From: Octopus sinensis
Taxonomy: Eukaryota
DNA: 64,000 bases
Assembly (NCBI RefSeq): GCF_006345805.1
Contig: NW_021824831.1
Coordinates: 1-64,000 of the forward strand
Reading direction: 5' to 3'
The notes under the pieces are model-generated. The model did no database searches. It saw nothing but the letters and a program-made list of their open reading frames with translations, and was not told where the DNA came from. Of the stretch, positions 1 to 12,699 are shown one piece after another; the first letter of the stretch is position 1; each line of letters begins with the position of its first letter. A program made the translations under genes and the position numbers.

Positions 1-259
1 AAGGATTTGGAGACAAAATTAGTTGTAAATAAATTCTAAAAGCCAAAAATAATTTTGAAAATACAAAAAATAATTCTAATTTTGCCAGAATGATGAGAAA
101 ATTAAATTATAATTATTTTAAAAAAAAGTCAATTATTACAAATCCAATTTTTTGTCATGCACTGTACATATGTAATTGGATGCATATCAAATCTAGGACT
201 ATTTTAAAAAGGCGCTTTTAAGAAGAGCAGGCTTATTATAGATGAAAACTTATTTGAGG

Positions 260-600
260 CAAGCACGGATCAAACATGGCGGTCCAGTTATTATGGTGTG
301 GACACCAGCTCACTGTAGATTGACGAAGTTTGTCAATCGGAAGAATCTAATGATTTTTATATTCTCCTTCTCTGTCCGTACAGTCCAATGTTTAACCCTA
401 TCGAAAATGTATGGTCAAAAGTAAAAGCTTGCGTGAAAAAAGGCATCCCTTCTATAAAAAAACCAAATTTTATTTTAAGGTTGTCAATTAAAGAGTATCG
501 AATCAAATGCTTGAGAAATAGTTGTAGATAAAATAAAAACAATGACATCTAAAGATTGTGTAAGCTTCTTTCTGCAATACTGGGAAATATCGCCGACACT
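260..600 (+). mobile_element. Tc1/mariner (IS630-Tc1 superfamily) transposase remnant
   Basis: Translations KHGGPVIMVW (~270-300) and, in another frame from 361, ILLLCPYSPMFNPIENVWSKVK match the Tc1 KHGGGSVMVWG and YSPxxNPIE motifs; frameshifted and internally deleted. Confidence 0.7.
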
Positions 601-1950
601 AATTGTTTTAAAGTCCTAGCACTACCGCAAATACAGAGGCATGTATGTACCTAAAGCCAGCCTTCACTTGCGTCAGCCACAGTTTTTAAGATTAAGGGAA
701 ACAAGTTAATTATTTTTTAATTAATTCCGAAGTAAGAAGTACTAATGTCTTATAGTTTTTTTTTATTGGTCCTGTACTGATAAGACTAGGAAGCTTATCT
801 TCCCATCCGAGATCTGTTACATGAGGAGTACGTATATGGTGAGATTTCCATGACGGCGTCACTCGTCAAAACGAACGTAGCTTCCGACACAGGTAGCCTC
901 TGGAAATCGACCCCGGAACCATAAGATTTTAGAGACGAGTCTCAACCATTCGAGTTCTTAAATATGGTTAACATTAAATTTTGAATAAAGAATTTTTTTG
1001 ATGTTGATCTCATTTAGTTTGGTATTTACTCCATATTGTTTAGTATTAATTCCACTTAGTTTTCTATCGATTCCACCAAATTCTTTCATAAATATATTTA
1101 ATCCCAATTAATATGGGAACTGATATAGATGCACATTTCACCTGTTCATCACAGTTGCAACAAATTCGATAAACCACGAAATTTTGTTAATTACTAAATA
1201 AATGAAAAACTAATTAGAATCAATATAAAGAAAAACGCAAATTTATAATTGGCACATTAAAATAATATTTTTCAAAGAATTCTATTTTGACATTTGGAAA
1301 GATAGCTTTTGGATCTTTAATCTTCAAAATACGTAGTCGCAAGCTGCGTAGCAAATCAGATACGTGGCCTTTGAATAGAAAAAAATATTCTTTATCCATC
1401 TATTTTCATTTTGACTGAAATCTCAACAAACTCTACCCGGAAGTGAGAGGCTACTGATTTTAGAGAACGATGTTCTAGGTAAAAAGTATCCAGGTGCAGT
1501 TCACTTTGGCGAAAAGTGGTATCTAAATCGAACTCTTGAAAAACAGCATCAACATCTTTATCCAAGTCTCAAGGGGAATCTGTAGCAGAAACATGCCTAA
1601 ATCATAATACTATTGTCGTCTAACAAATTGTTGGTTTCATATATGGATCACGCTTATGCAGTGCTAATAAAAAATGAGTGTTCACTCTGACAAAATTTGT
1701 TCATAAGTATATTTTATTAGACTTGAATTTTTTGCGAATGGAGGTTTTATACTTAATTATACAGCTTTTTGCTATCAAATATCCAGAACATGCTGTCAAA
1801 CGTTCGTATGTGGTATCAGATAAGCGAACTGTAATAACAAACATCATTATTGTGGCAACAAATATCAGAACTGTGATGCCAAGCATCATTATTGTAATAT
1901 CAAATATCCATATTGCAATATTAATGGCAAAATTAAGTGTCTACATAATA

Positions 1951-3806
1951 CAGTCAACCCTCTTTATATAGTGAACCCTTCTCTATAGTGAAACAGGCCA
2001 TTTTAATGCAATCTACAATAACAAATATTATAATTCTCATTAATATATTTATTATAAAATGGAATACACGTTAAAAATGTATAATATCATTTATTTAAAT
2101 ATTTTTGTGTTCACTATTAAAGAATAGTGAACGTCAAATTTTTGTGAACATAAAAATATTAAATTTAATATTTTTACATATATATTTAAAAACCTTTAAA
2201 ATGAATAAACTACACGTTCTACAGTTGTTAGCATGGTGGAAAATCGAAAACGCCTGTCATTTTTTCAAAAGAAGAAAATAATCGAATTTTATCATAAAAA
2301 TAGACATTACACACAGCGCGATTTATCCCTTTATTTCAATGTTTCTCTGGGCTGCATAAACAAAATTTTGAAAAATTCTGAAGGAATACTTAATGTTCAA
2401 GATGACCAAAAAAAGAAGAAAATTTACTTGCCCAAGTCTCAACCATTCGACAGAGATCTATTTGAATGGTTCGTTAAAAAACGATCATTTGGATTTACAA
2501 TCAATGAATATCTTTGAAGTCCATGTCTCTAAAAATGGCGAAAGTTTGTAATATTCAAGGATTTCAAGCATCAAATGGATGGTTTGAGAAATTTAAAAAT
2601 CGATATTGCATTGCTTCCCGTGCTTTATGTGGGGAAAATCAATTTGTTGAAACCTCTGTGATTGAAAATTTTACAGAAAGTCTCAATAGAAAATTAGAAC
2701 AATATTGTTCAAAAAATATTTTTAATTTGGACGAAACTGGATTGTTTTTTAAACTTTTGTCGAACAGAACATTAACTGTTGACTCGGACAAAAATCTGTC
2801 TAATAAACTGATAAAAGAAAGAGTAACTGTTATGTTTTGCGTTAGTATGATGAGAGAAAAACTTGACCCATTTGTTATTGGAAAAAAATCCACGCTGCTT
2901 TAAAGGAAGAAGAAATTTAATTAATAATTTACAAGTGGAATACAAATCAAATAAAAAAGCATGGATGACATATGGTTATTTCTCAGAATGGCTCATAGAA
3001 TTGAACAAAAAAATGATTTTGCAAAAAAGAAAAATTCTAATTCTACTTGATAATGCGACTGTACACTCACGTGATTTAGAGTTCAGTAACATCGAACTCT
3101 TTTTTCCCTCCAAATACAACATCGAAGTTACAACCCCTTGATCAAGGAATAATAAAATCATTCAAAGACAGGTATAGACAACTCCTATGTGCACACTGGA
3201 TTGAATTTTATACTAATGATGACAATGTAGATCACGAAAAAGTTACGGAAAAGTTGAAGAAATTCACTCTATTGAATTGCTTGATATTCATAAATCAAGC
3301 TTGGTTAGAAGTGTCGGAATTAACAATTAAAAATTGTTTCAAGAAAGCATTTGAAAATGCGCTAATACAGAACCTGACAGAAATAGAAGAAATAGATGAT
3401 GAAAATTTTTTGATTCATGAAAATGATCAAATTGACGACGAAAACTTTATACAAAACTTTGCGAGAAAACTAAAACAGCAAGACCAAGTTGAAGAGGAAG
3501 ATGAAAAAATTTATGTTCCGACACTATATAAAGCTAGTGAATATGCGAAGGCGCTTGAATTATGGTTTCTTGAGAATGATTATGAACAAAGAGGAAAAGT
3601 ATACGAAATACAAAAAATTTTAAGAAATTATCAAACTAATCATTCTCAAAAAAATCATCGATTACATGATTAAAATCTCCAAATAATCTTTGTAATTATA
3701 CTTTAATATTGTTTACTGTTATTTTGATTCCTTTTGTTCACTATAGACAATAGTGAACATGATGTTTTGACGTGGACATTTTGTTCATTATAGAGAGGGT
3801 TGACTG
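1951..3806 (+). mobile_element. Tigger/pogo DNA transposon, full-length, transposase frameshifted
   Basis: TIR CAGTCAACCCTCT at 1951 and AGAGGGTTGACTG ending 3806, each flanked by TA. ORFs 2233-3673 give HTH/CENP-B domains, GWFEKFKNR, NLDETGLF, KAWMT, LLDNATVH and a frameshifted QPLDQG-type motif. Confidence 0.92.
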
Positions 3807-4075
3807 TATAAATAAATTTTTCCTTCAAAATGAATACTTTTTGTGTTAGTCAAGCATATAATAAAACAAATTTCGAAGCCAAAATGAGAATTATATCTGC
3901 TCATGAAAATGCGAATTGGCATACTGTAGCGAAATCGAATAGAGTTAAGCTAAATAAAATAAGTAAATACAAAATTTTTTACAACCTAATAAAAAACGTG
4001 GAGGATTTAGATGATCCAAAATCACAGAAAATATCGTGAACTAAATGTTTACATGGACAATTATTTACAATCTAA

Positions 4076-4440
4076 GAGGATCCATCACCAGGGCAAAGAT
4101 TTGAGGTGACAAGGAATCACCCTGGAGTATGCCTCTTTCCAATTTTACCTCTCCGATTTTATTATGATTAAGAATTAGCTTTATTCTCCACTTTGTTACA
4201 AGGTTCTTCACAAAATTCACAATCCAGCAAGGGAGTCCTGATTTTTCAACACCTGTAACAGAAAGTCGTAATCTACCGAATCAAATGCTTTTTTACATCA
4301 ATCCAAGTAGAAAACAAATTATTTCCGTTTTGCTTGTGAATGCACCGGTTAAGAATTGCTTGTTCCTTTGCCCCTTGACACATCCGCTGAGTTCCCAATT
4401 GATTATCAGCAATCAGATTATATGCCTCAATATAATTTCT
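4076..4440 (-). mobile_element. R4/Dong-like non-LTR retrotransposon RT fragment
   Basis: Reverse strand reads CQGAKEQAILN...TWIDVKKAFDSVD...ERGILQGDSLSPQIFALVMDPL, the same family as 21853-23945. Confidence 0.8.
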
Positions 4441-4489
4441 CTAACTTCCTGAATATGTAGCGGAAAAAACAGTTGAGTGGTCAGACTGT

Positions 4490-5100
4490 GGAGAATGAGA
4501 AGAAGATGACTGGAGTAGAAGGCGTAACAGTCCAAGTCTCGAAATATTTATTTCAAGAGATCGTGTAATATTCGCCAAATTGGAAGGCCCCAGGCTGCGA
4601 TGGTGTGTATAATTTCTTCCTGAAGAAGTTCATATCACAGTCAATCTTCAAACAGATGCTTAATTTGGTTTTACACAGGGGTGACACATCTTAAATTGAA
4701 CATCCGGTGTCCCCAAAAGGCTCTATAAATTGATGACTAAATTTGTAAATACCAAGCTTGGCGATTTTGTGGGAGCTTCCGGCTTTTTCTCTGAAAATCA
4801 ACTGGGAACAAAGCAGGTGTGTCAGGGGGCAAAAGAACAAGCATTAGTGAACAAAGAGTTAAACAAAGCGAATGGCTATAAACTCCATGCTGCATGGATC
4901 GAAGTCAAAAAAGCATTTGATTCAGTAGATCACGTTTTTCTGATACAGATTTGGGAAAAGTCTTGTCAAGTTTGTTGAATTGATGGCTACCCGATGGAGA
5001 GTAAAACTAAGGCTAAATGGCAAGAACATTCGAGATGTACGCATCGAGAGGAAGATAGTTTGTCCCACATGCTATTTATCTTTGTATTAGACCCCTTGAG
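4490..5100 (+). mobile_element. R4/Dong-like RT fragment (second, opposite orientation)
   Basis: PNWKAPGCDGVYNFFLKKF at ~4575 and ORF 4730-4978 SENQLGTKQVCQGAKEQALVN...AWIEVKKAFDSVDH; degenerate. Confidence 0.8.
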
Positions 5101-5849
5101 CCATTTATTATCTCACAAAATATAATTATGTGTTTAATTAAGTTAATTTTGCTTGATTAAAGGACTCTTTGGATATAGAGATGCCTCTTCGGAAGTCGTA
5201 TTTTGTTTTATTGGAAACCAGCAATGTCAAATAGCACGTGTTTTTTTCTCTGTAATCGAGGTCAGACCTCTGACACATTGCTGGTTGTTTCAAAGGGTTT
5301 AATTCATTAATAGAGACACTTTTGGAGTAAAAATCATTAAAATTAACTGAAAATATTATTAAAAAATAAAAATCTTAGATATAACCACATAATTTATTTA
5401 TTTAAAAATGCATAAAATAATTATTATTTAAGGCAAATATTTAATTAAAATGGGGAATAAGTTATACACGAATTAATAAAGAGCCTGGAGGTCAGCTCAA
5501 AGTCGCCGCACTGCGTATCGAGTGGCAGTTTCCGCGGAGCACTGCGACCGAGATTCGCTGGAAGAGCCAGCTCGTCTCCCTCCGGTCGAAAAAAAATGAT
5601 TATTATTATTATTTAATAACAAAAAATTCCAGTGGTGTAATAATAAAAAAAGACAAAGTACTAAATTTTTGTTAAATCGAAACAGGACAGCGAAAGCAAA
5701 AAAAACAGCAGTGCTAAAAAGGCGACCCCTCCAATCACCGGGAGACTACAATCAACGGGGAATGTGGCCACAGATGAGGTCACAAATACGATCACCCCGA
5801 AAAGAAACTAATGATTTAAATAGAAATGCAATAAAAGTAACAAAACAAA

Positions 5850-6810
5850 TTAGAAATAATTATTCCGATGGCCAACATTCTTGGCGAAGTCAAATTCCCT
5901 ATAGATGATATCCAAAGCATAGTTGAGAGGGAAAACAGGCACCTTAAGCCCCTCCAGTTGCATGACCACTACACATCACCCTCAATACCCACATTTATTC
6001 ATCGATCCCTCTTCAATACTCTCCTTAATACAGTCCTCCGAATAACCCTCCTCCTTCTCATCCTGGGACACCCTCTCCTCCACTCGATGGTCGACCACAC
6101 TCCAGCCCACGTTTCGAGGCACACTAATTATAACAACAAACACAAACTTTCTTGCCGCACAGTTATGATCATCGATACTGGATTTAATCACGTGCCCGTC
6201 TACAACACAAATCAATCAAACAACCGTAATTTGATCTATAAAGGCGTCCATTGGGGCAGCTCAATCCCGAATTTGTTTCCCCACCTGTTGTATCTTGAAG
6301 GAAATTCTACAAATCATCCCCCAACAATCTACATTGCGTATTTGAGAGGCGCACAACTCATTACGAGGTTCCTCATTGACAGATAGCCTTTAAAATAAGA
6401 GGAATGAATACTCTGACATTAAACTGTCGACAACCGGCTCTTTACAAACCACGGGGACAGTGGCACTATCGATTGAGTAAGATTATTACGTGCAGTCTGC
6501 ATGATCCACGTGCCTTTTTTCGGCTTTAGTGACGTCCCAGGCATTGTGAAGTGACTGCCTTTGCGGGGATGAACTGAGTTCTGCTGGATTTTGTGTGAAT
6601 AAAAGACGTTTATGGTTTTGTGTTTGGGCGGGTGATTGGGGATGGATTGGATGTCTCGGGGAAGAGTAGTGGCTTAGGGAGTCGTCCGGATGTGGAAACT
6701 CGGGGATTGCCGCGAATATTTCGATTATTTGTATATGTTCGGTTTTCTATGATGAAATGACAAGAGACCGCTACCGTTTGGATTATGGTTCCTTTTATTT
6801 TCAGTATTTC
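5850..6810 (-). CDS. Unknown multi-exon protein (orphan); start codon unresolved
   Basis: Removing seven GT-AG introns (6747-6774, 6466-6489, 6388-6411, 6307-6332, 6200-6224, 6124-6147, 5969-5992; 24-28 nt) yields one open frame ending ...LVMQLEGLKVPVFPLNYALDIIYREFDFAKNVGHRNNYF* (TAA 5850-5852). No family recognised. Confidence 0.65.
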
Positions 6811-7600
6811 TCATTCTATAATAATATTAATTATTATTTATCTTAGCTAGCATAATATTTAGTCACATTAAACACACCACAAACAACTTGACTAAACCTG
6901 CAAATTTATTGACAAAAGCGCATGTACTTGATTTTAAATAAATAATAAAGTTATTTTATATTTATTATAATATAATAAAATCTACTATTTATCAAACTTG
7001 AATATTTTTATTACATTGAAAGTCTCAAACTACGGGTAACAACCTGTTCTTTATAACAAGTGTGTATTAAAAATAAAAAATATTATTTGAAACAAACGCC
7101 AAATCTGGACGCAACCAAATTTATGCCATTGCTAGAACAGCTGAATTCCAGGAATATTTTCCAACGCATATCAAATTAATTGCCATTCCATCTTTTTCTC
7201 TGCTGCTATTTAAATACTAAATAATTATTTGACCAACTGTAGCCTTTTATGGTCTTATAAACTCAAATGACCAGAATGCGACTGAAGTCTGATCAAAGGT
7301 GTGATTTTTCTTGATCATGGCTAGAAAAGGTATTTGTTTATCCGTTTTATTTTTTAATTATTGTGGGCCTAAACCGTTAGGCTAGTCGAGCTTTTAATGA
7401 GACATATGTTTTTATCTTTGCAGTTTTAACCGTACCCTAATCATTCTACTTCAAGTGAGATTTTCTACTACTTCTCGACCGAATTATTAAAACAATATTT
7501 TCAGACCGAGTCAATCATGTGACAAAAACAACATCCATATTATCTATAGATAGACTTACCACTTTATTATTCCAAAAATTAAAATCCGGGTAATCATCGT

Positions 7601-7658
7601 CTTCTTCCTAATACAAAGGTAATGAATCCCTTCTTCCTAATACAAAGGTAATGAATCC
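7601..7658. repeat. 29-bp perfect tandem duplication
   Basis: cttcttcctaatacaaaggtaatgaatcc x2. Confidence 0.9.
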
Positions 7659-7785
7659 CCATTTTGCAGACTATTGGCTCGCCTATATGGCCAAATTTCT
7701 ATGAACCCTTTCCGAGCATGATCTACAAATGCACTGTTAGTGAATATTCTCGATGGAATATAATTAGACAAAGTTAGACCACTAT

Positions 7786-8752
7786 TTAAAAGTAGATATC
7801 TTTAGTCAACGTGGAGACCATTTGAGGGACCTGTTTTTTAGCACCAAAAATCCCCTCCGCGTTCGATTCAAACTCAAATGTAACCAAATGTGAAGCGCGG
7901 GAAACAATTTTCACCAAATCCAACTCTCCACAAAACTCCGCCACACACGCACAAAACGCCTGAATAAACCACGACTTGTGCAAGAATTCCTCCACGAAAA
8001 GTACCCCAAATCTCCCACCCCCACAAACTTTCAACCGTCGAATAAACAGTCAAAAAATCAGCTTCGGACGGAATTCTGCTAGTCGTTGCAGAACTGTCGA
8101 TTGTGTCGTAAGCTTCCGCGGCCTTCATCAGCCGGTCTCCCCGACTTGCCTCAAATACCCAAATAAACCCATCTGAATCACAAAACCTTCGGTTTACCCG
8201 CCAAAGTTGCACATACGTCAACCTTAAATGGCTCGAGGAGACTGGTGAGTAAGAGAGGCCCATCCACCCCGTAAACGTAGGATGAATTTCCGTGGGACAA
8301 AACAGTTCAAAAAACATGTCGCAGTCCTTGTGGTCACTAACGAAACTATCCACTCAAAAAACGGAAACCACCTTGATTGCACAATTTTTTCATATTACAA
8401 GCGGTGACATTGTTGAAGACTTTTACGTGTTTTGTCGAATCCTATCGGGCCAACGAGTTGTTGTACAGACTTTGGGCATCCTGGTCACTGCCCTTTTGTG
8501 ATGGCATGTGGGTCTCTGAGTTAAAGTCACGGTTGTTGATTATTAAGGCATATCCGCGGGATTTGTGATTCATTTTATACTTTACTGTTATTTCTGGAAT
8601 TTTCCTTAGTTATGGAAGGAGGAATGTAACTTTATTGAGTTTTGGATATCTAGAATGTTGGTGGATGACTTGGTGGTGAAATTGTCGATCTCGTCTCCCT
8701 TCAAGTCGGAGAAATCTATTTTTGTTGTATTTTTAAATACCGCAGTCATCAT
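7786..8752 (-). pseudogene. Effector caspase (caspase-3/7-like) gene with frameshifts, an in-frame stop and catalytic Cys to Ser
   Basis: Hand translation: prodomain with DEID; YKMNHKSRGYALIINNRDF; TVLSHGNSSYVYGVDG; LAGKPKV; (Q)ASRG; RIPSEADFLTVYST; YFSWRNS; SWFIQAFC; KQVPQMVSTLTKDIYF*. These are caspase p20/p10 motifs joined through several 1-nt shifts and short introns. Confidence 0.85.
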
Positions 8753-9079
8753 CACTATCATCACACATAATGAATCACAAAACAATAAAGAATAGTAATA
8801 ATAACTTATATATGAACAATTAATGCATTTGTTGGCAAATACTAATTAATCAACAACCTGATATTAACAGTCAACTCAATAGATCATGTCAATTACAGTC
8901 CTCTTTGAATACTTCCTCTCCTTTTTCAAGTGGGTGACAGACGTCGGACTAATCTATACCATTTCAGGTTTAAAGTGGAACTTATCAAAAGCAAAGTGGA
9001 ACAATAAAATTATTTAATAAACTTTTTTTTAACACTCAGTTTTTAGTAAGATTATAAGTTAATAAATTAATTGAAGGAA

Positions 9080-9900
9080 AATGAGTAGAGAGATAGACGA
9101 GAGCATTCTCGCCTACACCGACGACCATTGGATCACGTGATCAAGACCTCTCGAAAGCTTTCAAAAGAGCACAAGATCTCTTATTACAAATTCGAACTTG
9201 GCTATATCAAAACAGAATGAACATCTCCCCCGAAAAATCGTCCACTACCTTATTTACGTCGGAGAAAATGAAAGTACAAAAAAGAAATATAGCCATGGTC
9301 CTTGACAATTATGCTGCGCATCAAAAAGATGCTGGAAAAAAATTATCAAATAATAGATTAGTATTTCATCCCACCAAACACACCCGCATTCATTCAGCCA
9401 TGTGATATGGCGATCACAAAAAGTCTAAAGCACAACTACAGATTAGCATTTTTACAAAGAGTGACTGCCATAATTGATTCATACGATGCTTGTATCAAAT
9501 CCGTTGTGAATTCTATCACTCTCTTTGCTGCACTACACGTGCTCAAAATGGTTTGGAGAATAGTCAAAATAACAACAATTTACTTGGAGAGGAGTCAAAA
9601 ATAACAACTATTTCAGTTAAGCTGGATTCCATCAGGAAGTCGACGAAGATATATTCTATGTAGAAGTCGGGGAAGAATTTAGTAATAATGAAAATGAAAT
9701 AGCGATGGATGTTGCTAATGAGGACGACGAATGTATCGGAATTATGTCCGATGATGAAATATGTTTAATGTCAAGAGATATTTCCTGCGAAGACGATGAG
9801 GAAGAAATTATTGATTTTTTCAATATCAGATAATTGTATATACTATTAGTAACAGCAAAAAGGAATACATCAAGAAAACTTTCTTTAATTGACTTTTTTC
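9080..9900 (+). mobile_element. Tigger/pogo transposase remnant
   Basis: RNIAMVLDNYAAH...LSNNRLVFHP, then a degenerate QPxDxG-like segment, ITKSLKHNYR and an acidic C-terminus. Confidence 0.65.
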
Positions 9901-10096
9901 AATTTTTTTAAGTTACTTATAATTTACGGCATTTGTTCATATTTGTATTATAAGAATTAAAATAATTTTATCGTATTATTTATTTATTGTATTTTTTCTA
10001 AAATTTTGTAACAGCAAAATGTAATATTTTTTGATTTTTAAAAAATTTCTGTGGATTCCTGTTGTGTACATGATAAATAAATAATAACTTATAGAA

Positions 10097-10815
10097 ATGA
10101 AACTGACTTCAAATAAAATAGCACAAATGATTTCATTAAAAAATGCCGGTTTCAAGCAAAAACATATTGCATCTATTCTGCACGTTTGCCAATCAAAAAT
10201 TTCGAAACAAATAAAAAAATGTCTTTAAGCAATACAAAGGTACCCAGAAAAAGCAGTGGTGGTCATAATATTTATTCTGAAAAAATTTCAAACATGATTT
10301 GTTATGAAATTGAACAAATTGTCACTTAGGAAAATTTCTATTAAAATGAAAAATGAGAGAAACTTATCAATTAGTCATATGACAATTAAAAGAATTTTGA
10401 ACAAGAAAAAAATATACCCACAAACCAATAAAAAAACCATTGCTAACACCACGAATAATTAAATTACGTAATGAAGCAGCATGAAAATGGATTCAATATG
10501 ATGAAAAAAAACTTAAGAGCATTATTTTTTCAGATGAATGTAAATTCAACATTTTCTACACCAATGGAAAGCCTTTTGTTTGGCGAAAACGCAATAAAAA
10601 GTTAGAACCCCAAAATATTTTACCTACTGTAAAACATGGTGGTGGCAGTTTGGGCTTGTTTCTCATATTATGGCGTCGGCAAATTAGTTTTTATTGACGG
10701 TATAATGGACAAATATATTGATATTTTATCAAGGAATTTGTTTTCTTATGCGGAAAAAATGCAGCTTGATGAATTTGTGTTCCAACAGGATAACGATCCT
10801 AAACAAATGTTATGA
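10097..10815 (+). mobile_element. Tc1-like transposase remnant, 3'-truncated
   Basis: IFSDECKFN...VWRK...PTVKHGGGS...GVGKLVFIDGIMDK...FVFQQDNDPK. Confidence 0.85.
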
Positions 10816-10829
10816 TTTTCCGTGAACAA

Positions 10830-11260
10830 ATGTTATGCAATTTACCGATTTCTACTGTAATACAAAATCAAATGGAGTATTATCTTTCTGAATAGAAAAT
10901 AAAATTAATTTTAAATTAGCACAAATTTGTTTTATGATGCACATCTTGCAAAAATTTGCGACAATTTTGGATTTATAAAACTAGAAGACATCCTCTCTTT
11001 TCGCAGAATGAAAAAATTAAATGCATCACTACAAGACCTAGTATCCGCAGTTTCAAGTAAAATAAGGTTTTTAAAATTTTAGACTCATCGTTTTTGATAT
11101 TCGAGCCAACAGAACCAAAACCCGAGGATTCATTTGTTCGATTATTATTGATATTTGTGGAGATTTTGAAGACACAAATATAGATACTGAACACGTATTG
11201 TTGTGTTTATTAATCAATAGAAACTCTGGGAACATATTCTCACTCCTCGGAATGTTTAAT
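10830..11260 (+). pseudogene. La-motif (La/LARP-like) RNA-binding protein gene, degenerate
   Basis: Splicing out 10892-10919 gives QNQMEYYLSDTNLFYDAHLAKICDNFGFIKLEDILSFRRMKKLNASLQDLVSAVS, matching the La motif (Q-x-EYY-x-SD-x-NL...F-x-RMKKL). Downstream frames are broken. Confidence 0.55.
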
Positions 11261-12040
11261 AGTGTATAAATGCAAAACCTTTATTAATTCTTCCGGGATT
11301 GAATTCCTAACAGGATTATAGATACTCGAAAGTGCGCGAAAAATTTTGAAAATACTGGTGATTAATATAAAATAAAAATAACATTTTCAAGCGAAAAATA
11401 CAAATCTAGTGGTTTTAACAAATTATGAATTTAAAATAACGGGATTTAAAAAGACAACCCCAGTATTTAAAATCCGCAAAACACAAAATTTGAAAAATCG
11501 AATGAATAAAATGATATATTAATATCTTATTTTCCATAAAATATCCCAATATAATATAATCAAAAAGCAAATGTACACATATAACAACCACAACAAGAAA
11601 CTGCATTCCACGCTTTAATTATTATTAGAAGTTCAATTCTGTTAAGACTATCCAGTTCAAAAATAATTCATATATTATTTATTAAATATATTTTATTGTT
11701 ATTGATTGTGGATTGCGTAATAAAGCAGGAAATATGTCAAGTTAGATTAGTTAAGAGAGGCTGTACTCGATTGGCTGTGTCTAATCTGGTGGACAGGAAA
11801 TTGTAAACTACAGATAATCTACGAGACATATATAACTGAGAGATTCTTGCCCAAAACGAGCATTTTGAAATAAGGGAAAAAAAGTGATCGTATCCTAAGT
11901 AAGCGAAGTAGTTCTCTGTAGTACACCGTGCTAACTATGATCGTCTAATTGGGACTAGTTTTAATCAGTTTAAATATATTACAAGGATTGCAGTATTTAC
12001 TGTGAATAAAAAGGGTGTTATTAGATAGAGTTAGAAATTG

Positions 12041-12699
12041 TCAGTTAGTAGTGGGGGTCTCCTTATTGGGGAGGTTGTGTGATGTGACTGGCATAGTTCC
12101 CCCAATGAGGAATCTATAACCGTCGACTAATCCCCAGAAGGTGTATAACTTTTAAATTAGAACAAAGACTACCAGCACAAAAAGAAGGACAGTGAGATAA
12201 ATATAGAAGGCGGCCTCTATTTCGAGGAGGGAGGGAAGGTGGGAGAAAAGAACAGACCTAAGCTGGAAGAGTGTGCCGATTGGGTAGCCGTATTGAATAA
12301 AGACAAAGACGATTGATATCAAGTGGGAGATAATTTGAGGAATAAGAAAGTGCGCGCGTCTCTAAGTAACGTTGAACAGGTCAATCGAAAAACCTTGGAG
12401 ACTCCAATCAACATGACAATGCTACTTGCCAGACTGTAGAGTCCAAGAAGCATTTTTATGATTTTGAGAGTGATGATAGGAGTCGTGAAAAAAGACAACA
12501 GGGGCATGCTGTAAATGTCAAAGTAAAAATAAAAGTAGGTGAGAGAAGGAACTGGAATTTCAACTCCAAACAAAATGATGCGCACAAAAGCTTCCAACTA
12601 AACTGTGGAGACAATTTTTACAATAGCGAAGATGACATAGACCTTTAAGAAGGTCATAATATGCATAAAGAGGTGTCGTTCTTTGCTTAGAAATTTCAT
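12041..12699 (-). CDS. Four-pass membrane protein, LAPTM/Mtp-like (tentative)
   Basis: ATG 12699. Three GT-AG introns (12598-12621, 12362-12393, 12149-12172) give an uninterrupted ~190-aa ORF with four hydrophobic stretches, including ASSIVMLIGVSKRRAHFLIP; TGA at 12041-12043. Confidence 0.7.

Noticed and set aside
1400-1950. Hydrophobic minus-strand ORF (1701-1889) as a membrane-protein gene cut by the Tigger
   Set aside because: I could not assemble a consistent spliced frame or recognise a family.
2233-3673. Programmed ribosomal frameshifting in the Tigger transposases
   Set aside because: Shifts are multiple, differ between copies and fall in homopolymers; decay or long-read error is simpler.
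5868-6386. 172-aa plus-strand ORF as a gene
   Set aside because: It is the antisense shadow of the spliced minus-strand gene; there is no recognisable motif.
11735-11983. Solo LTR (TGT...ACA bounded, ~250 bp)
   Set aside because: The flanks (AAATA vs AGGAT) give no TSD, and there is no second copy, primer-binding site or gag/pol nearby.
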